Below, in pieces: positions 13,659 to 26,118 of a stretch of 64,000 nucleotides of DNA. Source of the DNA: Octopus vulgaris (lineage: Eukaryota). A model generated the notes under the pieces. That model saw only the letters and a program-made list of their open reading frames with translations, had not been told where the DNA came from and did no database searches. The DNA lies in NCBI GenBank assembly GCA_951406725.2, contig OX597821.1:10106001-10170000 (forward strand). Direction: 5' to 3'. Position numbers and translations under genes: made by a program. Numbering within the stretch: the stretch's first letter is position 1; each line of letters starts with the position of its first letter.

Positions 13659-14490
13659 AAAGAAATATTAAATTTGATTGGAGCGGCAAATACAACAGTC
13701 AAAATTCTGAAAGAGCAGTGTGCGTGCGCGTGTGTATACATACCATCGAAATACATATGATTAACCAAATCCGTGTTGTAATTCTTAAATTTCACTACTA
13801 ATAAATATATTTCATATTTCCAATGCTGTAACAGCCAATGGGTTTCGAAAAAAGCATAGGACGCAATATTGTTGTCGGTTCAATATCCTCGTGTTACGTG
13901 GAGATATTCTTACCACTATTAAAAGGCATAAGAACAAAATGAGGATGAAGTATGGGACATTGAATATAAGTTATATAGAGTTTTATGTCTTAATTGTATT
14001 CTTTAATAGCTAATGGTATAAACAAGACGTGATTTATTACTAGAAACCGATCCGACGAAAATGTATACAGAATTTGTAAAATATAGAATTGATGAAATAA
14101 GAACATTAAATAAATAATAAATGCAAGAATAATAAAAACAGTATTTTCCAGACATTCCGATTAAATAATATGAAGGAAATATAATGCACACTAGACAGGT
14201 GACTATTCGAAACAATAAATATTTACTTCTACTAAAACTGAATGCAGGAGTAAACAGACAACAAAGAAATTGAACTTTGGCATAATGTTATACGTCAAGG
14301 AAAAATACAAACAAAATTGTTAACGTTGAATGGTTTCAACCGAAAATTAACACCATCAGAGTTATCACTCTCTGAAGGTGTGCATTTTCACTTCTTCTGT
14401 TTCTACTGGACGCATCACTTATTAAAGAGGTGCCATAGTTGTTAGTTATTTAAATTTTGAAGATTTCAAAGAATAGAATACTCTATACAG

Positions 14491-14548
14491 AGTTATATTT
14501 AAGAGATGAGCAATTATGTACATTATATACATTATTTACATTTGGCGG
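14491..14548 (-). repeat. Terminal fragment of the 19305-19699 cassette family
   Basis: agttatatttaagagatgagcaattatgtacattat...ttacatttggcgg is the reverse complement of ~19630-19690. Confidence 0.75.
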
Positions 14549-14870
14549 GTGGGATCTTTTCACTTTGACTGGCAGATTTTAAAATTAATTTCTTTGTAAC
14601 TAAACACTTCGTATACTGGTAGAATGTGTCACATAAAACGTCTTTTTCTCTTGGCGTTCTTGTCAAAATTATGTAGTTTGTAAGCTATTTCTTGTTTAAT
14701 TTCTTGTATTTCGGCAATTTAAACCAATCAATGACGTCTATTGAGGTGAATACAATTACTGCTGTTGTTTGCAACAAGTTCAAAACAACTTCCGGCGGTA
14801 CGTGTATTTGTTTATATTTGAAGAAGATCGTCACTTTCTGTAAAAAAATTACTTTTTGATATGTGTGGTG

Positions 14871-14929
14871 TTAGGGTTAGGGTTAGGGTTAGTGTTAGGG
14901 GTTAGGGTTAGGAGTGAGGGTTAGGGTTG
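14871..14929 (+). repeat. Interstitial telomeric-type (TTAGGG)n tract
   Basis: ttagggttagggttagggttagtgttaggggttagggttaggagtgagggttagggttg. Confidence 0.85.
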
Positions 14930-16339
14930 GCTTATGAGTGTGGTTTAGATTGATGCCGTTCACGTTACATTGAAACTACTGCAACTCAAAACTACTGGAA
15001 ATATGTTATGTTAAAGAAGAATCCAGATGACCGATGATCCAGGAATGTGGCCAGTGGGATTGAAACTGTTTAGAAACTCGTGGTTGAGGAGTAGTGAAGG
15101 TACCTGTAGGTAGTAACGCCTCAGTAATATAGCTACGAAATCTGCTAGTTGTTATGAGTAGGTTATAATGTGTAAGGGAATCATCCTTGTAGCTAGGTTT
15201 TGTAAGAGATTATAGACGTGGAAGTTCTGATCGATTTTATAAGCCTAGCGGGTCTGGTGTTGCTAGATACGATTGATGCCTGTGGACGGATATATCCACG
15301 TTTGGTTGTGCTGTACATACCAATTTTAGATAGGTTGTAAAAGGTCCGGCAATAAATATCGAGTTTATTACAAAGTCAATGTAAACACAAGTTAAATTAA
15401 CGGATATGATTATTTCGATAGCTGACACGTACAAAAACGATGATACTCTAAGAATTTAACATGACCGTGATAGACGATAGATTTCAGGAAGAAATTTGAT
15501 AAGTTTTATAGCATAAACATTCGTGTGGTATTTGCAACGTAACAGAAATCTATTATATTGATATTCTAGGCTTTTATTAGTAGTTAAAGGAAGTTAAATA
15601 TTTAGTACAATGTTATATAGAATGCATATGGAGCACGTCTAAAGACGATTAAAATGGTGTCCGTTTCATTTACATTCCCTCGTTCTTTCGATCTATAAGA
15701 TTAGTTTCTTTTATTAATAAGTATTGTGATTTGATTAAAAAATTCGACTACGTCTCTAGTATTCACCAGAGATAATAAAGTTCTATGCAAAATTAGGTTT
15801 GAAAATTATTTTGGAATATGAGAACTACTTATTTTTACAATATCGGGAAATTGAACTGTGAACTTTTGTGCTTCTTTATTCTTCTCTCTCTTCATCTCCT
15901 CATTCTTTTATTCCAGTACTAAATGTTGTCATTTCATTAATCTATACCCATTCTCATTTTCCCTATTTGTCTCTGCTGACGGAATATCCCATACTCTGGG
16001 ATATCCCAGAAACAACTGTATGACTTTTCATTATTTCCAATAATAATTATGTATATGACTTGGGATGTTCACCTTGCTTTAACGTTTGTTGTACTCTTTA
16101 AAATTGATATATCCGCTATATAAGATATCTGAAATGGCACCATAACTACCGTCACGCCCACAACCTTGGAGCACTAGTGATCCGTTACAGCACATACCTA
16201 GCGTTCCTAATCGTTTAGATCACCTGCGAACAAAACTCCCATACTTTATATATATATAAAGGAAATGTATAATATATATTACCTTTTATTTATTACACAC
16301 ACACGCAAACACACTCTAACACACCGTGTGTGTGTGTGT

Positions 16340-16496
16340 GAGTCGAGTTGCATCCAATGTCTATCAATTCCACTCACAATGGTTTGGTCAACCCGAGACT
16401 CTACCTGAGGTTATTTGCAGAAGTATTTCGCAGTTGTACAGAAGATGGAACTATGTATTTGCGAAGTAAACGTCTCACTACGTACTTAGCCACGCT
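16340..16496 (-). mobile_element. tRNA-SINE 5' half, old copy
   Basis: tctatcaattccactcacaatggtttggtcaacccgag...agccacgc aligns with 55390-55530. Confidence 0.6.
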
Positions 16497-16949
16497 TTCG
16501 TATATTATATATTTGAATAATATAGATTATGCAAAAACAAATCCATTGTCATCACTCGAGAAGAAATTAATTTAACAATCCGAGGCTGCATCAAGGGTAA
16601 GTTTGAATTTTTCCCACCGACCAATCATTCTCCAAGCCTTAAAACTCGCAGAAAGAGATGGAGCACGCCGCGAAGTTCATATCCTGATTAGTTTTTTTCT
16701 CTCTGTCAAGGAATTATGCTTAAGAATAAAATATGTTTTGTATGTTAATGAATGTTTCTGAATGTATTTCGAAGTATGAATGTATTGTCTTAACACTCTC
16801 TCTGCTCTTTAAATGAAGAACCGCATGAGACGCCAGGTTCCCATACAAATACTATGCGAAAGTTGTGAAGAATCGATGCAAATGATATTGGGAAAGACGC
16901 ATTGGCAAAATTATTGTTGATAAATGGATGTTGGATCAAATGAAATATT

Positions 16950-18376
16950 TTGTAAATGTTAATCATTCCCTTATCTTGAGGACAGCCGAGTGTTTGGACA
17001 TTCTATTATTATATGCTTATATTCGACACAAGCATGAAGCGAAGCAAAATGAAGTGGGAGCTGGTCGAAAGGTGAACACTCTAAATACCGGCAAAATCAT
17101 TGCTAAGTTGCTACGACGAAAAGAAGCCCTTGTAAATAATATATGAAAAGAATGCATACAAGCGAATGCAGTATACACAAAAAGTTGTTGCTGGAAAACG
17201 AAATGCAAATCCAGGAGCAATTCTCAGTTGCCGATATGTGACTACTGCTATGCAATAATCTGATAGAGAAAGAAGAGTAATAAGAACAAGTGCTGTGGTG
17301 AGGGACGTTTTCGATTGGTTTCTTCGTAAGCACAGCTTTTATGATTTTGGATCATTTGAATAAAACGTAAATGAATGCTGGGTTGTATGCTGCTGAGAGA
17401 TTTCTAGTGGGCAAGGGACACAAATGAGGAAAGAAGACAGGAAGTAACAAATATCGCCTGAGGGAACACATTTCGTTCATGCGTGACTAATATGTTAAGC
17501 GAATGATGAAAGAAAACAAAGGAACAATTCAGGGGATTGTTTATATGGATGAAAGCTACATCAAAAGAAACGTTGTCCGAACCAAGGTTCATAGTGCTAC
17601 CCAAGGAAGACCGTACAACTTTTGCGTATCACAAAAGACAACGATATTGTTTCATTGATGCAATTATAGATGTCAATCAAATATTGAAAGATCAACGATC
17701 GAACAGGCTGCATTACTGATGGATGCGCTTGATATCTTTGAAAATGAAAGAATCAAACTAAAGATTACCATGGCATTTTTGATCATGAATAATTTGTCAA
17801 ATGGATTAAACTGAAATATATCCAATGCCCTTATTATGAGAGACAATGCCAAGTACTATGAAAAACTACCCGAAAATATGACGAGAAAGAACGCCAATGA
17901 AGCAATATTACAATAAGTGTACACAAAATACGGAAATGGTTTTGATGGCAACAACACGAAGGCACCAAGAGAAACTGCATCCGAATATCCAAGATAATGT
18001 GATTCCTGTTGTTTCAAGAATAGCTCAAGATAAAGGATGTGAAGTAATATTTTCACCATCTAATTACTCGGATTTGCAATTAATTGAAGCTGTCTGGGGT
18101 GGTATAAAAGAAGAGGTTGGTAAGTAGTTCACGACAGAAAATATATTCAAAGATGCATTTCAACGTTTGAAAGGTGCTTTTAATTATCTGAAAGCAAATA
18201 CTGTTCAAATATGCATGAATAAAGCAAATAGGAATTTGAAAAGGTTATGGGAACACATCAGATCCATGGAAGCTACCGATGAGGACAATGGAGATGATTC
18301 AGATGTGGATATGGGCCCTAGCGGCTCCTCTAATGCCGAGAAAAGCATTACCGAGGACTTCGATGATGATGATTAA
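16950..18376 (+). pseudogene. Degraded IS630/Tc1-mariner-superfamily DDE transposase
   Basis: Across frameshifts: LDILLLYAYIRH, GHK*GKKTG, VYMDESYI (D1), RYCFIDAII, KDYHGIFDH, NALIMRDNAKYY (D2), VIFSPSNYSDLQLIEAVWGGIKEEVGK (SDL.PIE..W motif), FKDAFQRLKGAF. Confidence 0.85.
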
Positions 18377-18697
18377 GAATAAATCCGAATTTTCTTTTCC
18401 TTTAGCTGATTTTTCTAGCAAATGGTCAACATATTGTATCAATTCATGAATATTCCTTTGCCAGAAATGTGCTATAAAAAACCCTCAATTTTAGATGTAT
18501 CAGGCAACAGAAGAGGTAGTGTTAAAAGTTTTGCAACAAGTTCAATAGAGCCCTAAATGCTGTCGCAGTCTGTAGATAAAGAACATAAACATAGTGCAGA
18601 GTAGTAATGATAAACAGGTAAAATCACTTACAGCTATTTCTATTTAGTGAAGCATGTGGATCATGATAGTAAGGAACTCATAAGCTAACTTCGCCGT

Positions 18698-19074
18698 TAT
18701 AAAAGAAGCTTGAGAGGCGGTTGGATGGAACCTACACTCGCCTCCTTATGAGAGCTCAAAATCTCTCGTGGAAGCGCCATCCAACCAAAATGCAAATATA
18801 TGGAAAACTACCACCTGTGTCATCTCTTGTGAAAGGTAAGAGAGTCCAGTTTGCTGGACATTTTTGTAGAGCTGAAAGAGAGGTAACTTCTACTCTTCTC
18901 CTCTGGAAGCCATCTACTCGCAAAACCAGAGGGCTCACACTCTCCTACCCTGATGTAATCACCAGGGATACAGGCATCCAGCAACAGGACCTCTGTAATG
19001 CCATGATGGACCGTGAAGTCTGGCGTAGCATGGTAAATTCCATTGTTTCGACCACGGTCGAACAATGATGATGA
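18698..19074 (+). mobile_element. RTE-clade LINE 3' end with (TGA)n tail and short TSD
   Basis: ORF DGTYTRLLMRAQNLSW...QFAGHF.R...LLLWKP...MMDREVWR, then stop and tgatgatga; cgccgt repeated at 18692-18697 and 19075-19080. Confidence 0.88.
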
Positions 19075-19097
19075 CGCCGTCATCGGATAGAGAGAGC

Positions 19098-19133
<36 letters not shown>

Positions 19134-19304
19134 TTGGGAAGAGAGAGAGAGAGAAATAGGGAGAGAGAAATGAGACAATATAGAAGTGAAGTATATACCT
19201 AATCGATGATATTAGTATTTCCTAGTCGAGAAATGAAGAAAGGATCAGAATGAAAATCTATGCATGTGGTAGTTCTATGATAAAAAAAACGAAACAGTAT
19301 TGTT

Positions 19305-19699
19305 CATTATTTACATTAGACGGTATTTGTCCTCACCTTGTTTGTTGTTAGCGCAACGTTTCGGCTGATATACCCTGCAGCCTTAATCAGGTGTTTTGGG
19401 GGGAAATTTCGAACTTCAGTTCTCGTTCCTAAAGTATTTTCGATGTTATTATTATTATTATTATTATTATTATGCAGGTCACTGCATGGAATCGAACTCG
19501 GGATCTTGGGGTCAGTAACCCGCGCTCTTAACCACTACGCCTTTAGCCCGTGGTAAGACATCTGATGAAGGCTGGCGGGTATATAAGCCGAAACGTTGTG
19601 TTAACAATAAAAAAGATGAGAACAAATATCCGTCAAATGTAAATAATATAAATAATGTACATAATTCCTCATCTCTTAAATATAGAACTGAATGAACTG
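19305..19699 (-). mobile_element. tRNA-headed, hammerhead-like-bearing cassette with inverted arms and 12-bp TSD
   Basis: Direct repeat aacagtattgtt at 19293-19304 and 19700-19711; inverted arms ~19305-19397 and ~19555-19647; minus-strand A-box-like aggcgtagtgg and B box gttcgattcc (19488-19542). Confidence 0.8.
19555..19602 (+). ncRNA. Hammerhead-like motif (PLE-type variant core)
   Basis: GACAU-CUGAUGA-a-GGCU...AGCC-GAAA-CGUU-GUGUU: stem I with wobbles, 4-bp stem II, palindromic AACGUU in place of stem III. The mirror copy at ~19350-19397 (-) has CUGAUUA. Confidence 0.55.
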
Positions 19700-21624
19700 A
19701 ACAGTATTGTTATTGGTAAAGTCCATTAGCAGTTCAATAGGTGAAAATTCGATGATAATCCATGCCAAACGATAATGGAAGTTATTAGTTCCATTTTTGA
19801 ATAGAAAATTAATTGTATTCTACAGTTAGAAAAGTGTTAATGAACATAACTTATGATATTATTTCTTTGATCATGGAACTCCCAAACGCTTTGCTGACTA
19901 TAGCTCCAATGCATTACGTTCTAGTTCTACTGGTAAATGATATGACACGTGTAAACGATGCTTTATCGAGATCGATTAATTCAAATGTTATTAGAGTGCC
20001 TTCTTACAATCATGAGTAGTAGTGGTAGTAGTGGGGAATTGTCTGGTAGTAGTCGTGTAATTGTAGGTGTGTCATATTTCTTCGGATTTAGCTCTTGAAA
20101 CTCTCATAAGCGATGAAAAGGAATGTATGCAGTTAAAGCGACCGGATATGTTCGAAAGATGGTCATTCTGCCGGTTAAAAGAGCAGTAGGGGTGTGCCAT
20201 AATCGGGTCAAGACCAGAGGAACGTATGATACATGTTATATATTTTTATGAATAATAAATTAGATACATGTAGGTATTATTAATTATTAATATGCAATCA
20301 CATTTAGTTGTCATTGAATTAAATCCTCCTTTCCAATATTTGAAACTACTGCTCAACGTGACACCTTTCTCTCTGATTTAAAATCCCAGTGCACATAAAT
20401 TTTCATTTTGACGTTAGTAAAAACTATGAAATCCAGTGTGATAAACTTGCATCACTACCATAAAGTGTACAACAAAACTACTTGCGGTATTTGCTGAAGC
20501 TGTTTACCTCTTCCGTTCAAAACATTCAATGGTTTACTTAAAATTAAATCTGTTGGCGTATTTTCATCTCCCTCTAGTCCCTTTGTTACGTTTTGTGGAG
20601 TTTCTTCCTCCGCGAGAAATCGGGCCAAATATTTCCGGTTCAATATAAGCAAATTTCTATTTTCCACTGGCGAAATGGTTATAAAATCTGTCATCCTGTC
20701 AGACGAATTGATGAAAAACTTTACGGGTTTCTTGTCTCATTTATTATTGAAACAAATTAACTAACAAACGAGGCTCGGATATCTATTCAGTACCCAAATT
20801 CTATTATAAATACAGTGAAACAGCGTGTAAAAGAAGCTCTGAATTGTTAAAAATTTGGATATATCATGGATTGTCGAACGGTCACACCATCTCTTTTTGT
20901 AAATTAATTTATACGGAAATCAAGAGGGAATTTCTTGCGTTAGTGAGTTCCATATTACAGAAAAATATTTAGCAATGGAATGTCTGCAAATAGCATAATA
21001 AAGTATTCCACGCGTTTATTTTATAGTTCTTTCATTTTTCAAAAAGCATGATAATATATTCCACGTAAGTTTTATCTCGCATATGATTTAAGTTGTATCA
21101 AGCTGAATTAGCTTTCTAATATTCGATTGTAGAACTACGTAGGTAGATACACCAAAGTACATACAAAATAATATGCGCAGTATAAATTTAATGCTGTTGC
21201 AAATCAAACTGAGGTAACCTGCATATGATATTAATATTGTACTTAGAACATAATATTATACATTACAGCTACACGTATAAGATAAATGTCACTTGATATC
21301 GTAAACGTTTACGTATATGTACTCAAACTTTTGTACAACACATACGCATATACATATATAAAATATAGGTGGTTAATTAGCCAATTAACAGCATAGAAGC
21401 AAATAAATGTGTCACTAAGTATATATATGCTTTTGTGTGTGTCTGTGAGTATGTTCATATTCAACCCAGAGTGTGAGTCTGGGTAATTTACATTTCATTT
21501 CCTCAGATATTGTGTTGTACAACGTATTTGTCTATTTCTTATCGGTTCCGATCTCTTTGTCTCTCTCTCTCTCTCTCTGTCTATTTGTCTATGTGTGTGG
21601 GCATGCATATGTGTGTGTTTGTGT

Positions 21625-21680
21625 ACATATATATAGATATACCGATATATATATAAATATATTCATATATATATACATAA

Positions 21681-21719
<39 letters not shown>

Positions 21720-21754
21720 TATTCATATATATATACACATATATATTTATATAC

Positions 21755-21787
<33 letters not shown>

Positions 21788-21798
21788 GTATATATATG

Positions 21799-21836
<38 letters not shown>

Positions 21837-21847
21837 TATGTATATAT

Positions 21848-21902
<55 letters not shown>

Positions 21903-21913
21903 CACATATATAA

Positions 21914-21966
<53 letters not shown>

Positions 21967-22114
21967 TAAAGATGTACATATATAAATATATACATATATA
22001 AATATATACATATGTAAATATATACATATATAAATATATACATATTTAAATATATACATATATAAATATATATATATATACACATATATATATATACAAT
22101 ATATATATATATAC

Positions 22115-22161
<47 letters not shown>

Positions 22162-22181
22162 TATATATACATATATGTATG

Positions 22182-22239
<58 letters not shown>

Positions 22240-22250
22240 TCTATACATAT
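21625..22250. repeat. Long interrupted (TA)n microsatellite
   Basis: Directly visible. Confidence 0.97.
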
Positions 22251-22439
22251 ATGTAGCCGAGAATTATCCTGATTGAAAAAACACCTTTCGTTTGAAAACT
22301 AAAAGTGACTGGTTTTCTACTAGCACTGACTTGAATGAATATTTGTATGACAAATTCCAAGTTTCTCTGCTAGTTGTGCAACAGTTACGATGGGCTTTTG
22401 TTCGACCAGGGTTTTCAGGACGTCCACTGTACCAAATCA

Positions 22440-22850
22440 TGGAAATCTGGACACAGAAATGCATCTGCAAATTCAAAGGGCAGCACAAGCATTCGTCGGT
22501 TTGGAGTCACGCGTTTGGCGCCAATGACATATAAATAACAATAAAAATTTGGCTCTTAACAAATCATTTCTCTTACCATCCCTCTTTCATTCTCCTGAAC
22601 AATGGACATGTTTTGAAAGACATTTCAATGTGTCAGAACAATTCCACCAAAAATGCCTTTATCGCATGTTAAACACTAAACGATCATCTTATGCTCCAAA
22701 CGCAAATGTCCTTGCATCTGCAAGCATCACCTCAATTAAAGCAATGATTCTGAAAAATCAAATGGGATAGTGTAGCCATATATTTCGAATGGCGGATGAA
22801 CGCACACATCCAGAGGACATAGAAACCTTAGCTTCGGATCGAGCTACAAA
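22440..22850 (+). mobile_element. RTE (BovB-like) LINE C-terminal remnant
   Basis: LPSLFHSPEQWT...EQFHQKCLYRML...PNANVL.SA.ITSIKAMILKNQ...HIFRMADER matches the RTE post-RT pattern. Confidence 0.75.
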
Positions 22851-24565
22851 AGTATATGTATATAAATATATATGTGTGTGTGTTATGTGTATGTACACAC
22901 ACACACGCACACACTGACACCCGCACGCACACATATACACACATGTAAAAATGAAATCTTATAAATTATGACAAGACTGGAAAAGATTCATCAAATTCTC
23001 CAATCCCCAGAAGTTCAATCAGACCAAAAAAAGTGCATGAATTACACAACTTAGTATGTTGATTGTTTCAAAGAGATTTTTTCTTTCAGCATTTAAAACA
23101 TATATATTGTTCGAATTTTAAATTGTGTTCATAAATCAACAGATCATATAGTAAACAATTTCGTATTTGCCGTTGATTAATTTGTGTCTCAGTTATCAAA
23201 GCAATTTCTTTGTTGGCAGAATGGAAAGTTAACAGAAAGTCATTATGCATCTTGGTAACATATTTATGGACAGAATAGTTTATCTGCTGTATACAGATTT
23301 ACCAGGCGCGTGTGTACATGATTTAAAATATTGAGTGTTTTGAATGTATAATTCATTTAGAAACATTTGCTTTATTATAGTAATTCAATTAAATATTCAG
23401 CAGTTAGAGTCTGGAGAATTGAACGCATTATAATATACTAAGGCAAAGCTGTCTAGAATTTACTAAAATTTTTCAAATCATAACATTTTCCATTTTACAT
23501 AGAAATTAAAATTTCTTTAAAAGGATTTCAGGACTTCTGTGGCATTTCGATACCGGCTACAATATGTATATATATGTTGTTACAATTATGATTTAATTAA
23601 ATAAAAGCAGTTAACAACAAGAGAATGTAAATTAATTCAAAGTATATATCAATAGAATATTAAGCGCCCTTACAATTTTCTTCCAGTGAAATATGTTTAC
23701 AGTTTATTCATTTAAACATAACTGCAGTAAATAGCTTTTCGTTGTGATAGATTTCAATAAATTTCAAGTAAACCCATATGGAAATATATGAGCTTATAAT
23801 ATGACATGAAATAAAAATGCCATTACCGTTGGAAATGCTTAAGAAAAGGTTTGGAAGAGATTTTGCTATGGAACACGTAAGTGTACGTTGGCCACTGGTA
23901 GTACTATCAAATTATGCTGAAAAATACGACGAATATCAGACAATGCTTTTCCATAGATAGATATCCCTACATTTATTGGTGGTGCAGGATATTTATCTAT
24001 AGCATAAAGACAGTATAGAAAACACGAAAATAATTATAAATAAGGATTCTTTTCATGTTAATCTCTCCTTGGCCTCAGACATTGTGGTTTAGCAATGCAG
24101 ATGAATAGTCTATAATATTTCTACTCGATCATATGAATTCAATGCATCTACCAGTGCGGTACTAATTATATCTTTTTATTTTATCTCTTCTATTTGTGGA
24201 ACAGATAAGTTAGGTAATGTTAAAATAAAGTTGATACAATGTAACACAACAGTGATTTGATCAGTCGAAAAATATAAATATGAATCGGCAACGTTGTACA
24301 TATACACACGCTCATGCACACACAGAATCTTTCAAATTTCCATATGTATATCTATCTATGGATCTACACACACGCACACACTCACACACACACCCTCGTT
24401 TTCACGGACACCTTTTTTACCATTCCCTCTTTGATTCAGCTCTCCTGTTTTTGAAAAACATTTTCCTCCTTTTTTACCACTTCCGTCTTTTCAGTATGTG
24501 ACCTCGTGAAGACTACCTGTAAATTTTTTTCCTCTGTCCTCCCGTCTCGGGATCTTTCTTTCTCC

Positions 24566-24603
24566 TATGATTCCGACGAAGAGCTCCGCTCGAAACGTCA
24601 TAC
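24566..24603 (+). ncRNA. Degenerate hammerhead-like motif in a PLE-type repeat
   Basis: CCGACGA-a-GAGC(ucc)GCUC-GAAA-CGUCA; core has a U-to-C change and stem I is unclear. Confidence 0.4.
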
Positions 24604-24695
24604 CCTCCTTCTTCCATTTTCCTGAGCGCCTAATAATAATAATACTGTAATTGTTCCACGTGTCGTTGTTTTTTCTGTTTTCCCGTTTGGATTAA

Positions 24696-24697
<2 letters not shown>

Positions 24698-24764
<67 letters not shown>

Positions 24765-24922
24765 ATAGATAGATGGATAGGTAGATAGATAGATAAATAA
24801 ATAAATAGATAGATAGATAGATACATAGATAGATAGGTAGATAGATAGATAGATAGATACATCGATAGATAGATAGATAGATAGATAGATAGACAGATAG
24901 GTAGATAGATAGATTTATTGAA

Positions 24923-24990
<68 letters not shown>
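24698..24990. repeat. (TA)n/(GATA)n compound microsatellite
   Basis: Directly visible. Confidence 0.95.
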
Positions 24991-24991
<1 letters not shown>

Positions 24992-24992
24992 A

Positions 24993-25368
24993 AGAAAAGC
25001 CTATGGAAAAGACCACAGTAACCTCGGTCAATAGTGTCACATGTTAACACATTTGTTTGCAAGTAAGTAACCCCCTGTGTTAAATTTGTCCATGTTCGTA
25101 TGATTATGCTCTAGATGGCTTCGTCATTCATACGTGCCATCCTTGCTACATTCACCCATCATTTTTTGAAACATTCGCTAGACAAAACTTGCCTCTCTAC
25201 TCTCACTTTCCTTTTCAAGTGATACCTGAAGAAGTTGATGAGAGATTGACCATAGAGGAAAGTGTTTGACTCCAGTCCTTTCAGACGCGTCCACCAGATA
25301 CATTCTTTCGCCATAGCCACAAGAATGATGAAAATAGCTCTTCCTTCCAGTTTGAAGGAAGGAGGCGA
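24993..25368 (-). mobile_element. L1/Tx1-like LINE 3' coding fragment, copy 1
   Basis: Minus strand: FIILVAMAKECIWWTRLKGL...INFFRYHLKRKVRVER...CF...WVNVARMA, resembling the L1/Tx1 ORF2 C-terminal K..IW..R pattern; duplicated at ~25752-26008. Confidence 0.65.
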
Positions 25369-25384
25369 TATATATATATATATA

Positions 25385-26008
25385 GATACGTTTCTTTATT
25401 GGCCACACAGGGCTGCACACAGATGGGACAAGTTAAAAGGTAGAGCTTTTCTTTTGGGGGATGAAGAGAAGAAAAACAAAAGAAAAAAAATGGGGGTGGC
25501 GTAGGTTTTCGATCAAGAGGGATCGTAAAAGGGAAGAAAAGAACAAAAACAAACAAAAAATGAATAAAATAAAAAGAAAAAAAAGGAAAAAACAGAAAAG
25601 GAAAAGGAACAAAAGGAAAGAGAAATGAAAAAGAAGAAAAAAGGGGAAAAAAAGGGGAAGAGGAAAAAAAGAACGATCAATAGGGATCGTGTATCACAGT
25701 GTTATGATATATGGTGTAAAGGGGAAAGCAAGTAAGGTTTATCCGTGGGAAGAAAAGCCTACGAAAAAGACCACGGTAACCTTGGTCAATATTGTTATAT
25801 GTTACCACATTTGTTTGCAAGTGGGTAACCCTCTGTTTTCAATTTCTGGGTTCATAGGATTATGCTCAAGGTGGCTTCGTCATTCATACGTGCCATCCTT
25901 GCTACATTCACCCATCTTTTTTTAAAACATTCGCTAGACAAAACTTGCCTCTCTACTCTCACTTTTCTTTTCAAGTGGTATTTGAAGAAGTTGATGAGAG
26001 ATTGACCA
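25385..26008 (-). mobile_element. L1/Tx1-like LINE 3' end, copy 2, with pyrimidine-rich 3' UTR and AATAAA
   Basis: Homologous to copy 1; minus-strand T/C-rich UTR; AATAAA at 25395-25400 followed by (TA)n. Confidence 0.65.
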
Positions 26009-26009
26009 G

Positions 26010-26031
26010 ATATATATATATAGATAGATAA

Positions 26032-26111
<80 letters not shown>

Positions 26112-26118
26112 ATAGATG
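26010..26118. repeat. (GATA)n microsatellite
   Basis: Directly visible. Confidence 0.95.

Noticed and set aside
15050-15440. Possible APE endonuclease remnant on minus (IFIAGPF, cf. IAGDFN)
   Set aside because: Only one weak motif; the other catalytic motifs are not recoverable.
19470-19549. tRNA gene (also 44405-44482 and 55460-55530)
   Set aside because: A/B boxes are present but the cloverleaf is incomplete and each continues into a repeat body; these are SINE heads.
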